A stretch of 64,000 bases of DNA from Octopus bimaculoides (lineage: Eukaryota): the NCBI RefSeq assembly GCF_001194135.2, contig NC_068988.1, forward strand, positions 91,647,007 through 91,711,006. Reading direction: 5' to 3'. A model generated the notes under the pieces. It was not told the DNA's origin and ran no database searches. It saw only the letters and a list, made by a program, of their open reading frames with translations. How positions within the stretch are numbered: the stretch's first letter is position 1; every line of letters begins with the position of its first letter. Positions 40,346 to 53,947 of the stretch are shown here, piece by piece. Both the position numbers and the translations under genes were made by a program.

Positions 40346-42321
40346 GAATGGGCGCGGTGGTTACGTCTCCGAGTTCGAATTCCGTCAAGTGGAAATTTAC
40401 CTTAAATCCTTGCAGAGTTGATGGAATAAGTAGCAGCAGATATTGGGGTGTATATAAATCGACTAAATTACTCCCATCTCACAAAAAAAAGAAAAGAAAA
40501 ATAGCCTTATGGTTGCATCACCGAAGACTGATTCTTTGGATCCCTGCAATAATGAAATACCTTCCAAGCTTCTTCTCTGTAACAAGTGTTTATCATGCCG
40601 TGTGAAGCATAAAACAAATTCTTTAGTTGGTGGAGGAGTTGGGAATAGGGGAGGGGTTTTGTTTATTGTTTTCTTTTGTAGAAATATAAAAGTATTGCGA
40701 GGAAGTGTCAACTGTCATATTTGGAGGTAAACAAATAATTTTATCTTAGAATAATGAATAGTCAGTTCAAACGGCTTCTAGTTATTATTATTATTATTAT
40801 TATTGTTATTATTATTAAGGTGGCGGGCTATCAGAATGCGTGCTACTTAAATTTCCAATACTACAGGCTTAAAGTTGCTGGTCTAATATTAAACAACGAA
40901 CAAAATGCTTAGCAGAATTTCTTCCGGCTCTAAATTATACAGTTAAACTTCCGCCGAAATCAACTTTGTCATCTTTTCAGGGTGGACAAAATAAGCACCA
41001 GTTGCGCACTGTAATCGACTAAACCCCGCCCACTAAAATTACAGGCCTTGTGCCAAAATTTGAAACAATTATCATTATGAATTTATTTGTGCTAATTTCC
41101 ATGAATGAAAAAGTTTAACAGAAACAAAACGTTATTCTTAGGAAGATTTAATGTTTTGCGTAATGAGATATTTAAATGTTTGTTTTTCTAACAAAGACAC
41201 AAGACCACATAATTTCTATAAATATTACAAGGAACAGTCGATTTGTACCGACAGTTTCAATGGTACTTTATTTAATCCATCTAGGGAAGGCGAAAGGCAA
41301 AATCGAACACATTGGGTCTCGCATACAAAAACAACGGGAACTTCATTTATTTTTCAATGAATACATTTTCCTGTGATGTGGCGATGTTCAATAGAAGTAA
41401 TAACTTAAAACTACCACTATTCTTAATAGGATAGGTCTTGTGTGTGTGTGTGTGTGTGTACAGGTAAACAAAACACTAGATATTTAAGAAAGTATAGCAC
41501 TAATGTTGCAGCTACGCAGTAGGCAGGCTACTCGGTACTTATATATATATAGATATATGCATATATAGTTAGGCACATATATGTCTATTTCTTTCTTTCT
41601 CTCTCTCTCTATATATGTATGTGTGTGTGTGTGTGTGCATGCATGTACGTTTGTATATATTTGTGTGTGTGTGTAGTATGATGTCAGTTACCAATCAACA
41701 GGAGACGGGATACTAAAAATAAAGTTGATTAATAGTAGCAGAATCGTTAGATCGGTGCTGGTAGTATAATGTTAGTTCGGTTTGTTTTACGTCTCGATTC
41801 CCAGTTTCTCCATGGTTGAATTTTTGTTCATCATTCCTCCAAGATACATAAAATGAAAACCAATAGTTTACAGAAATTGATTAAATCAACTGTTCCGTCC
41901 CCGATAAAAAGATTTCAGGTACCACAAATAAAGTATGAGCCAAAATATGAGTTCGAATTCCGTTCGGGACAATTTCGTATTTCACTCATCTGAAGTCGAA
42001 TCAACTACATCCTCCACAAACGTCCGTGTCTTGCAAACCAGTATATATTAATAATAATGGCATTGGTTAAATTATTTCGTAATGAGGGAGTCTGGGAGAG
42101 TTAAAGTGACTGGTTGTTTTATCGACCGGAAAAGGGTGAGAAGCACAATTATCAAAAAAGAAAGAAAACCGACGAACGAACCCAGGAAATAATGATTTAC
42201 CAGATTTGCACACGTCACAAATTTTAGTGAGGTAAGAGTGGAGTCGATTAAATCGCTTCCTGTATATGACACACTTGCTTCAGTTAGCAATTGTTATACC
42301 TACGGCTTTTTAACTAGTAAA

Positions 42322-42381
<60 letters not shown>

Positions 42382-42729
42382 GTGTAAACAGCTTGTCCCA
42401 GGGTTGAGGTATCGGGGCTCACGGAGGAAATACTGCACAGTGTTTTGCCTAATGTACTCTGGATTCTGCTGGAGGTTGAAAGCCAGTAATCCCGAGGGGA
42501 GGAACAACAGCGATCGTTATTCTCACCATTATTAATTAGTGTAGTAAAATGAATGGAGTTAAAAGTGTGACCTTGAAAATAAACAGAAAAACGGGAAAGA
42601 TAAAGATGAAGCAAGATTGAGACAAAAAGACAGATGGGGAAGGAAGACGCGTTTAGATAAAGAGTGAGATTAGCTGACCCTGTCAAGTGCCAACCTCCAT
42701 AAATACATGTGCATGTACTTGTATAAAAA

Positions 42730-43010
42730 TACATGACGGAGCATGGCCTAGGATGTTGTACTCACGATCGCTGAACCGTGATTTCGAATCCCGAACAAGA
42801 CGATGCGTTGTGTTCTTGAGCAAAACAACTTATTTTACGTTACTTTGCAATCACATCCACATCTAATGCATGGCACACCCTGCACCTGTACAGACAATAT
42901 TGATTTCATGGAGAACGTGAATTCATGTGTAGCACAAACATCTGGTCACTATAAACAAATCATCTTTGCAGATTATTGAGCAAGAAATTGTGTTATCAAC
43001 TCGAGAGACT
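42730..43010 (+). mobile_element. Diverged tRNA-derived SINE related to the family D head
   Basis: ...ttcgaatcccgaacaagacgatgcgttgtgttcttgagcaaaac; a similar copy lies at ~61305-61540. Confidence 0.6.
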
Positions 43011-43959
43011 ACCAACCAACCAACCAAAGGTATATGGGGTCAGAACACGATAGTTCCCAGAGCCAACGTGTGAAACGGAGTTTTAGTCACCTTTTACTCC
43101 GGAGACGCCAGACGGCACTTCGGGGCGAGTGTCAAAGCCTCTTCTAACTGCTGTGCCACAGTTCAGGTAAAGTCGAAAGTTAGACGCAGCAAGTAGAAGG
43201 GGATGAGATAGTGAGATACATTCAAAAACTGTGGTGACACAAATGGCCGCAGCGTCCAGTTGGCTACAATCTCGTCAAGCTCTTTTGTCATTGCATTAAG
43301 ATTAACGAGGAAATGGATGTACTACAGCTTTTCTGCCCTCATCGAAGTAATGCACTGACTTCGTTTACATTGCCAAAGCTGACGGACACTTATCTTCGAC
43401 CCACTACAGGTAAAAGTGTTTGGGAGTAGAAAGGGCATCAAGTCAAAAAACCAAGCTAAAGGAAGTCTTTCCACATCCACTCACCAGGTGTTTGGTCGGC
43501 TTGGGCTCATTTGCCCAAGGTATCGTGCAGTGCGACTGCACCGAAGATCAAATCGCTGTAAAGCAAGTTTCTTACCACACAGACACGCCTTTAGAATATA
43601 TGTAAATAAATTCGTATCCGTATGTATGTAGATATGTATACGTGTATGTATGGTTTTGCATTAAAACAAATGCTAACCGGCAATATAAAAGGTGTCAACG
43701 CCGTAAAAGTTTACAAGCATAACACTGCCATATGGTCAAAACAGCTGGTCTATATACACAAGTCAACTTACAACTACTACTACAGCAACAAAACAAGATA
43801 TTAACTTTATTAACAAGTGGTTACTTGACATAATATATAACAAAAAGTTTAATAACAAATTAAATTATATTTATAGAATAGGTACTAATTGCATAGGTAT
43901 TTTCTACATGCCTTGGACAACTATCGGCCTAAGATGTACAAATTTAATTTGTCAACATA

Positions 43960-44425
43960 TATACATACACACATACATATATCTACATACATATATATAT
44001 ACACACATACATATACATACATACACACATATATACATACATACATACATATACACACATATACATTCATATACACACACATATATATACATGTCCACAC
44101 ACATATACATACATATACTCACATATATATACATATACACACACATATATATATATATATACACACACATATATATATATACACACACACATATATATAG
44201 ATATACACACACNNNNNNNNNNNNNNNNNNNNNNNNNNNNNNNNNNNNNNNNNNNNNNNNNNNNNNNNNNNNNNNNNNNNNNNNNNNNNNNNNNNNNNNN
44301 NNNNNNNNNNNNNNNNNNNNNNNNNNNNNNNNNNNNNNNNNNNNNNNNNNNNNNNNNNNNNNNNNNNNNNNNNNNNNNNNNNNNNNNNNNNNNNNNNNNN
44401 NNNNNNNNNNNNNNNNNNNNNNNNN

Positions 44426-44460
<35 letters not shown>
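43960..44460. repeat. Complex (TA)/(CA)/(TACA)n microsatellite containing the gap 44213-44425
   Basis: Direct inspection. Confidence 0.95.
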
Positions 44461-44464
<4 letters not shown>

Positions 44465-44880
44465 TACAAAAATTGTGTATGTGTGTGTGTGTGTGTATGA
44501 TCATGATCTTTTTTTATCTTTTGTTACAGTGATTGAATAGCAGCCGTGTGCCGCAGCACTGAATTGAAGGGTTTAGTTGAACAAATTGACCCTAGTTCTT
44601 AATTTATAGGTCTCATTTGCTGAACTGGTAAGTTACAGGGGTAGAAACAAACTAAACACTAGTTGTCAACCAGTGAGGACAGGGAGCAAAGAACAAATGC
44701 AAAAACACACATACACACATTCGGTTTCCACAGAGTTTCTGTTCAGCAAATTTACTCATAAGGCATTGATCAGGCCAAGAAAATACAAGAAGAGAACTTG
44801 CCAAAGGCGCTATGCAACAGGACTGAACATGAAAACGTATGGATGTAAAGCAAGCTTTTTAAATACCAAGCCATATACTC

Positions 44881-44935
<55 letters not shown>

Positions 44936-45239
44936 TGGTGGAACATGAAAGCACGCACTACGCTTTCAGAGTGGTTGGCATTAGGAAGGGCATCCATCTG
45001 TAGAAATTCTGCCAGAGCAGATTCGAGCCTGGTGCAGCCATCTGGTAAGCCAGTCCTCAGTCAAATCGTCCAACCCAAGACGGTGACAGGTGTATAAACA
45101 ACAAGCAGGTGTATTAGTTTGACATTCAGAAAGGTGAGAAAGTCTTTTACATTTCAAGCCTATGCTCTTCAACAGAAAGGAACACAAGGAAATAAACAGA
45201 GAGAGAATAAAGACAAAACTTGTGGGTTTAGGGGTCAAT

Positions 45240-45900
45240 CATGGCTACTGGCTGGACAAAGGTGGTTAGACAGGAGAGCTAGGAAGAAATGAGGATAATA
45301 AAGTACTGGTGATCCCAAAACAAGGGTGCGCATGCGTGTGGGTAGAGGCTGGTGATGTGGATGTGTGGATGATGGCATGGGTGCTGGGAAGTGGTCAGTG
45401 CTAGTGTGTGCAGAGTGGTGTGATGTGGTGTGGGTTTGGGGTGAGGTGAAGATGTGGGAGTAGAGTGTGGGGTGGGGATGGAGGGGGGTTATCAATGAAG
45501 GAAGAAGGTGGGTAGGAGTGAAGAGAAGAAGTAGGTATCAGAGCAAGAGAGAGGATTGAGGAGAGGAGGGGAATCAGATGAAGAGTGGAGGAGTTGAGCC
45601 CATGTGGAACAAAAGAGCAAAGAGAGAAAATTAGTTCACGGTGAAGGCAGGAGTTCAGATGACCCCTGCACAAAGACAATCCAAACACAGGCAGATGTTG
45701 TAATGAATGACTGGTAGAGAAGAAATGGCATGGGCGGGAGCAGAGGAACAAGCCAGGTTGGGAGGTGGAGTTAGGGAAGAAACTGTGGACCAGGAGGTCA
45801 CATAGGTTGTGGGCTCATTTGAAGGAAGGAAGGGGTAGGTTGGGGAAGATGTGCGAAATGGAGGGGGTCGGACTGGAGTCACCGGAAGGCTCAGAGAATG
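45240..45900 (-). mobile_element. Penelope-like retroelement remnant (RT-GIY linker, GIY-YIG C-terminus and pyrimidine-rich tail)
   Basis: Minus strand: HIFPNLP-PSFK*AHNLCDLLVHS (cf. AF-R--NL-DLLV-S) and LCRGHLNSCLHRELIFSLCSFVPHGLN (cf. RE--LIF-L----P-GLN). Confidence 0.7.
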
Positions 45901-45912
45901 GTGCACCATTCC

Positions 45913-46004
45913 AATATTGGAAATGAATGACACTGCTTGTATGACAATAAAAGTCATTTACAACTATCTAGTGATGTTCAGACAAGGAAACAAACATACA
46001 ACAC
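45913..46004 (+). repeat. Left arm of a 92-bp inverted duplication (right arm 47140-47231)
   Basis: 90/92 identity to the reverse complement of 47140-47231 by manual alignment. Confidence 0.95.
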
Positions 46005-46127
46005 TCATGCACATACACACAAACACATGCAGTAGGTTTTTACACGTCATGCACTGGGTTTGAGCACACACTCTCACACACACACACACATCCTATAAGC
46101 ATACACACTTGCACAGGTATATTTACC

Positions 46128-46184
<57 letters not shown>

Positions 46185-47386
46185 ATACATACATATCACT
46201 AAATCATCCATAGATTTCTATGGTAAATACACATATACTGACTGGTGGAATAAGCCAACCCCAGTCCAATCAGGCAGCTCTCATTGTCAAAGCACGCAGA
46301 AATACACGAAACTAGATGTCTAGTCTGAGAGATTCTCAATTCGGTCATGGAGCAGTTTCTTTCCCTGTCAGCATATGTTTATACATTTGCGCTCTTCCTA
46401 CAGCACCAGGAATATTTTACTCCTATTTCTAGCAATGTAGATGTCTTGGTACCCTTAGTCACATTTAGTGATAATTAAATTTTTCCTTTCTGGTATTTTA
46501 TTACGCCTAGCTGTTTATATTAACTTTAGAAATATATCAGCATAGTTAAAGTTTCAGGGTCAGTTCCACAGAACAGCACCTTACACAAGTGAATTTCATC
46601 ACTATAGATCCAGGCCAACCAATGTCTAGTAGGCAGAATTGGTAGATGGAAACTCATTGAATGTGCATATATTTATCTGTATTTGTGTGCATACATACGC
46701 AAATATTGACATCCCACTGCATTGCTTGTCACTAGCTGATAGAAAAAATAATATGATAGTTTCCTCTATGTAAACATTATGATTGGTCCCTTTATGCTTC
46801 TGAAAGCCTATCACAAGTAAGTGCTGGCAACAGGAAGAGCATCCAATCATAAAATCTTGCCACAAATAACCAATGTCCAAACTATCCTAGCATGGGAAAA
46901 ATATGAATGCTAAATGAATCACTATATATACACAAGTAAATATACTCGTGCAAGTGTGTGTGTGTATGGTTAGGAAGTTTGCTCTCCAACCACTTGATTC
47001 TGGGCTCAAACCCAGTGCATGACACCTAAAGCAAGTGTCTTCTACTATAGCCCCAGGTCAACTAAAGCCTTGAGAGTAGATTTGCTAGACAGAAGCAGTA
47101 AGAAGCCCGCTGTGTGTGTTTGTGTATGTATGTGTATGTGTGTTGTATGTTTGTTTCCTTGTCTGAACATCACTAGATAGTTGTAAATGACTGTTATTGT
47201 CATACAAGCCGTGTCATTCATTTCCAATATTCTGTGTAAAGGTGTCTCGGCATTACCTTGCTTGGAAACAGGTGAAGGTTGGCAGTAGGAAAGGCATGCA
47301 ACCATAGAAAATCTGCCTCAAACTCTGCCCAATCCAAGCATGCATGGCATGGAAAAGTGGATGTTAAAACGATGATGGCAATAATG

Positions 47387-47419
<33 letters not shown>

Positions 47420-47982
47420 ACATCATCGTTTAACAACCGCCTACCATGCTAGTTTGGGTTGGACAGTTTGACAAAGGCTACCCAGGTAGAAGATTGCACC
47501 AGACTTCTGTGTCTGTTCTGGCATGATTTTTACAGCTGGTTTAAAGCTGGATTGCTTCCTAACAACCACCCGACAGAGTGGACTGGCTGCTTTTTACATA
47601 TATACATGCATACATATATATATATATTTACATATATATAGATATAATGTACATGCACATGCAAAAGTGTGTAATCATGTGAGTGCATGTGTGCATTTGT
47701 ATCTCCCTATGCCTTCTCTCTAAGGCATAGGGAGATGTAAATGCACATATGCATTCTTAGTCTTATCTGAAAAATGGTATGAGTTGGCAACAGGAAGAAC
47801 ATCAGGGTGTAAAACATACCACAAATAACCCTAACCCAAACCTAATGTGGAAAATAGATATCATTCAAATGAACCTTACTGGTCCTTGCATGTTAACTTC
47901 TTCAATTCCAAGAGATGTAAAGTTAGGAAACCTTCATAGTCAGCTTAAAATTTCTCACCAACCACAAAGCCACAAATATATT

Positions 47983-48684
47983 GGGTCATCCCATAAACAA
48001 TGTCGTTTTTCTTTCAATTGCATGAACCAGAAGTCGAAGAGGGACAGGATAAACTACCTGCATCAACTTGCTATAAAAGGAGGTAGTAAAGTTTTGAAGA
48101 GTACAGTTCGATTTTAACAGTTATTTTTTCAAAGCTATAATAGAAGTGACAAAGGAGCATATTTGGGATACGTAATGTGCTTTTATGAGTTCAATAAAGG
48201 TAATATCCTGCAAACCCTGGTGGAACTAGCAGAGCAGCTTGGATTTGGTCATTCAAGACAGCACTAGAAGGAAAACGACCATCTTTGATTTCAAGATGGA
48301 AGGTGTTCTTCCATCAGGATAATGCTCGGCCACATACAGCGAGGATGACATTCCAAAGACTGGAGCAATTTGAATAGGAAGTGATGCCCCACTCACCATA
48401 TTCGCTGGACATTGCCCCATCTGATTATCTATTTCACAGTCTTCCAAATTATTTGGACGGAAAAAATATGAATTCTGTAGATGAGGTCAGAACAATGCTA
48501 GAGGAGTGCCTTTTGTCACAGACAAGTGAATTTTTGAAGAGCCTTTGCAAGTCTACTAGATAGATGGAAGAGTATTGTAGAAAATGAAGGAGAGTATATT
48601 TTAGATTAAAAAAGAACTTTGTTCATCTTAATTTTGTAAAACAAGATGAGTATTAAAAAACTGCATTATTTATGGGATGACCCA
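47983..48684 (+). mobile_element. Non-autonomous mariner deletion derivative with matching TIRs
   Basis: ta|ttgggtcatcccataaacaatg ... gcattatttatgggatgacccaa|ta. Fragments EFNKGN, FFHQDNARPH and PHSPYSLDIAPSDY; sister of 36439-37118. Confidence 0.92.
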
Positions 48685-49467
48685 ATATGTAACTTTTCTC
48701 TCAGTAAATTTACAATATAAATTAATGCATGTTGATCTTTATTAAATTTGTAGCCATAAGAGCATTGGATAGACAGACTTGCAGAGGGTTGCAAAGGTCA
48801 ACTTTGCTTTTTGATACTTATAATTTCAGGGTCAATAATAAAAGTTCCAACATAAAGCAGTGGGTTGGTAAAATTGTTAGAGGGTTTGGAAACATGCCTT
48901 GTGATATCTGCTTTGGTTCATTGCATTATAAGAGTAACAAATACAACAACACTGGTACCAAGCTGTATTAGTCTAAATCAGTAGCCTTTCCCTTGGATAA
49001 GTATCACCAGTGTACAGAGGGAAGATTTACATGTATGGGCAATGCATGTAAGACCTCTCTCTAGTCTTCCTTTAAAAAAATCTCCCCCAGACCACATACA
49101 TGGGCAAGAACATGGTAACCTCGACCAGTAGAGATATTACACAAATGGATGGTCTCTGTTTCTATCACTTTATTCTGATGATACAATAAAAGCAAAACAC
49201 ATACTACTCAAACATGGTGCTTTCCTACACCACTGCTAATTTCAAGAAACTGTCCTTATGTCCCCACTACCACTAGTAACCTACCTGCTTTTTCTTTTTT
49301 TGTCTGGTAACAAATAACATACAAGGTAACCAGGAATAACATTCTCAATATTATTAATAGCAGTACAATAATGACTATTACATGAAGTGAATTGTAAGTG
49401 AGCGGATATCCATCCACAAGTATTCTAATCTTCAAAAGGTAAATTGCCAATTTCTTTTCCTTTTCAG

Positions 49468-49551
49468 ATGCTGAAGTCAAATGCCAACCAACTAAATCAC
49501 CAGAATTCTCATCTTTAGGGCTGCTCCTCATCATTGTCAGCATATTGAACG
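49468..49551 (+). CDS. Candidate 84-nt symmetrical phase-1 exon: (D)AEVKCQPTKSPEFSSLGLLLIIVSILN(G)
   Basis: Strong acceptor tttcttttccttttcag|, donor ACG|GTAGGT, length divisible by 3; only the phase-1 frame is open. Ends in a hydrophobic, possibly transmembrane, stretch. Confidence 0.35.
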
Positions 49552-51000
49552 GTAGGTCAGGAGATATTGTGTTGATACTAGAGTGGATAGATTAATGTGT
49601 ATTGGATACAAGAGAACCTCAGCCAAACAGCACACAAGCAAGGAACAACAGTACAAATTCTTATGGCTTGTAGCAGCAACAGAAAAGGCAGAGGAGATAC
49701 ACCATTAGCTGAGAAATGGATGAAGTAATTGAGGTGGTCAAAATCAATGAAAGTTAGTTAAGCTAAACCTAATTATTGACAATATGAGAGTGGCACTGCA
49801 AACAAGCTACTGTAAGGGCAGCAGATAAGCAGAAAGATAACCATGAGCCCCTTCTCCAGACCACTTCAGCTGCTATTGCAGTTGGCAACTCATTGATGTA
49901 TTAGGGTTTCTATGGAGTACATGGAGCCTATGAATATGGTACAAGGAATAAAGAGCAATTAGGCACTTAGAGTTCTGCAATACAAACAGCCCAATCATTC
50001 CAGGAAACCAGTGAGCTACCAGTCAAATGAACACACAAGCCACACAGACTTCATTCTCAGCATGAATGCTAAGTCTTTCTCTCATGAAGAACTTACCACA
50101 GGTTAGTGGTTAGTGAGTGACATCAGGGTAAGAACTAGACAGTTTGGAGAAGGAAGTTGTGAAAGCTGCAAAAGTCAACCATAGACGGTCTTGAGCTCAG
50201 AACATAAAGCATCATAGCTAAATTACTCAAACAATTCTGCTATTCGACTGCCCATCTAAAAAATAATAGCTAGTAGCAGTATTTGGTTTTGTCTGGGTTT
50301 ATTGAAACTTAAAATAAATATAATCACATGAATTCATTATAATTTGAATAGGTCACTTTAACCCTTTTGATGCCAGCCTACCCAAAGACTACCCTTGGTT
50401 TCCATGATAAAGGCTTCTGGTTTTAAAATTATCTAAATTAAAACTTTTTATGTTGATTTATGTTTCAAACACCACCTTAATGAGGAAAAAACTATTTCAC
50501 TATATTCTTCATCATAATCATCCTCAAATGTAGCATCTGTTCTCCATGCTGGCATGGATTAGATGGTTTGACTAGAACTGGTAAGCCAGAGAACTGTACC
50601 AAGTTCCAGTCTGTTTTGGTTTAGTTTCTTTGGCTGGATACCCTTCCTAATGCCAACCACTCCTCAGAGTGTTGTGAGTGCCTTCTGCATGTCACTGGTA
50701 CCTTTTACACATCATCTGCAATTATTTTCATTATTTTCAAAATTAATTGAAACAATAGTAATGTATTTCAACAGAAATATAATAATGACAGGATTTTAAA
50801 AACTGCTATCATTCTTCAGATTGTTCAAAATTGCTGAGTCAATGGGAGACTGGCCATATTCATTCATTTCTAACTGATCTAGTAATACATACTGTGAAAG
50901 CTTTTGCTTGCTTCTTAAGACTGACTGACACATACGCCTCTGCCATTAGTACAGAAGCCCACATCTCCAGTTCAGTTATTAAAGGTGCCATTCAAATATT

Positions 51001-51379
51001 TACTTGTTTCAGTCATTTGACTGCGGCCATGCTGGAGCACCGCCTTTAGTCGAGCAAATCGACCCCAGGACTTATTCTTTGGAAGCCTAGTACTTATTCT
51101 ATCGGTCTCTTTTGCCGAACCGCTAAGTTACGGGGACGTAAACACACCAGCATCGGTTGTCAAGCGATGTTGGGGGGACAAACACAGACACACACACACA
51201 AATACATATATATACATATATACGACGGGATTCTTTCAGTTTCCGTCTACCAAATCCACTCACAAGGCTTTGGTCGGCCCGAGGCTATAGTAGAAGACAC
51301 CTGCCTCAAGGTGCCGCGCAGTGGGACTGAACCCAGAACCATGTGGTTGGTAAGCAAGCTACTTACCACTCCCGCGCCT
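51001..51379 (-). mobile_element. SINE family A, young full-length copy
   Basis: Near-identical to 31163-31600; CpG-intact. Confidence 0.95.
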
Positions 51380-51859
51380 ATATATATATAATGTATGTAT
51401 GTATGTATCAAGATAAGCTTTTAAATGTACACAAGGTCACAACTTTAAGGAGGTATGTCATTATAGTGACAAGACAGGTACTTATTTTAACAATCTTGCC
51501 AGGATATAAACACAGTCAGAAAACAATACAACTAAACATCAGTGTTTCTCATACACCACTGCCTAAATAATAATAACAATTAAGAAAGATGGATGCGAAC
51601 ACATTACAAAAGCAACATCAAGGGTTACTGAATTTGGTATTAAGGTCATAAATATGGCGGATTGGGAATTGTTGATAAATCAGCTTTAGTACTTATTTTA
51701 TCAACCAACACCAGTGTCATAAAAAGCTAAGAGAAGCCTGGACAAATAATTAACTAAATACTGTAGCACTGTCTATTGTTCTTCACAGAAGGTGTAATGT
51801 GGTAAAGAGAGAGAGAGAGTGAGGGACATTATCTGGTGAAGAGTGACAGTGTGTGTGTA

Positions 51860-51894
<35 letters not shown>

Positions 51895-52376
51895 NNNNNN
51901 NNNNNNNNNNNNNNNNNNNNNNNNNNNNNNNNNNNNNNNNNNNNNNNNNNNNNNNNNNNNNNNNNNNNNNNNNNNNNNNNNNNNNNNNNNNNNNNNNNNN
52001 NNNNNNNNNNNNNNNNNNNNNNNNNNNNNNNNNNNNNNNNNNNNNNNNNNNNNNNNNNNNNNNNNNNNNNNNNNNNNNNNNNNNNNNNNNNNNNNNNNNN
52101 NNNNNNNNNNNNNNNNNNNNNNNNNNNNNNNNNNNNNNNNNNNNNNNNNNNNNNNNNNNNNNNNNNNNNNNNNNNNNNNNNNNNNNNNNNNNNNNNNNNN
52201 NNNNNNNNNNNNNNNNNNNNNNNNNNNNNNNNNNNNNNNNNNNNNNNNNNNNNNNNNNNNNNNNNNNNNNNNNNNNNNNNNNNNNNNNNNNNNNNNNNNN
52301 NNNNNNNNNNNNNNNNNNNNNNNNNNNNNNNNNNNNNNNNNNNNNNNNNNNNNNNNNNNNNNNNNNNNNNNNNNNN
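51895..52376. other. Assembly gap flanked by (TA)n
   Basis: Contiguous N bases. Confidence 1.
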
Positions 52377-53947
52377 ATTATATATAGATATATATATATA
52401 TTTTTTTATATATATATACATACATACATACATATATAGACAATAGGTGAAAGCTGGGTATGCTCAGTATAGAAAACACATAGTAGTGCTCAAAAGGATT
52501 TAATTCCTTCGTCCAGAGCAAGGCCTTCACCATCAAGAGTAACTATAAGAGAAATCCAAATCAAGCTGATAGAGATAGTACTAGTTAGGTTTGATATAGA
52601 TATATTTACATGGAGTACAAAAAATACAGAATAAAATATGAAGAAAATATGTGATTTCTTAACTCAACAGCTATTTCAGGAAGCCCAGAATTATATAATT
52701 ATCATAATTTGCAGATGAAATGTGCAAAACATCATGGGTACACAACTAGTAACCTGTCACATGAAGATATTACAATAAGTCTAGTTCCCCTAATCAAGAG
52801 AAGATTGGAAAATACAATCTGTAGATATATATATATATATCAAAATTTGCATATATACAAGTGTGTGGATATAATACATGAGTGTATTATTATTAAACAC
52901 TAGTGTTAATCAAAGGAAAGTTGAGACCCAAACTTGAATAGTACTAATGAATGGAAATTGCTTGTAGAAAATGTGGAGAAAAAGCTTGTGCTCCCTCACC
53001 ATACTGAAATAAGAAAGCCATCCTCTGATCTTACTGGCAAATTTTTGGTTTAACAAAAATGTCTTGACTGTGGAGTTGATGGTGTCTTAGGAAAAGAATA
53101 CAGAGTGGAATCATCATCACTGTCATTTACCATCCATTTTCCCTGCTGGCAAGGGTTGGATGGTTTGACAGGAGCTGGTAAGGCTGGAGGGACACACCAG
53201 GCTCCATTGTCTGCTCTGGCATGATTTCTACAGCTGAATGCCCTTTCTAACACCAACTACTTTACAGTGTACCAGGTGCTTATGTGGCCCAAAACCAGTA
53301 CTTTATATACAGCACCAGTGCTCTTTACATGGCACCAGCACCAGTGCTTTTTACGTGACTCCAGTATGAAGAATAACAGAACAGTGATTAGTGAACTGCA
53401 GAGAAGAGCAGTGAATATTTCACCATGGATATATTAGAGGTATGAGAACTAAAACCTAAGCTAAATACTGAGAACAAATCCTCAAGGAAATGTTAAGTGT
53501 ATAATTATCCCTTTAGAATTCAGTTCACTTTGTCAAATGTTATATATTCAGATTTTATAAAATTCATCCTGCATTATCTTGTAGCTTTGAGATTTTGAAG
53601 ATGTGATTATCTATTTTTAGTATGATATTGCTGTGTAGGAGTGGGAGGCTGGATCTCACCAGCATGAACATAAAACAGGTAGAATATTTGGGCCAGATAT
53701 GGCCTGTTTAAATGCTAAAGTGTTAAAGTAGTATTACAAATGACACTGGTTGGGGTGGGAGGCATGCTAGTGTAGGCCAAACAAAGACATTCCCAGGTAG
53801 CATTAATGCTACTCAGCATCACCAGGATCACTACTGTCTGAAGGGATTAAAATCACTGTGATCCCCAAGTCAATAGTTGCTGACTGTAAAACTCCACATT
53901 GCAGGCTGTGTGTGTATGCATATATACATATGTGTAGCCTTTATATG

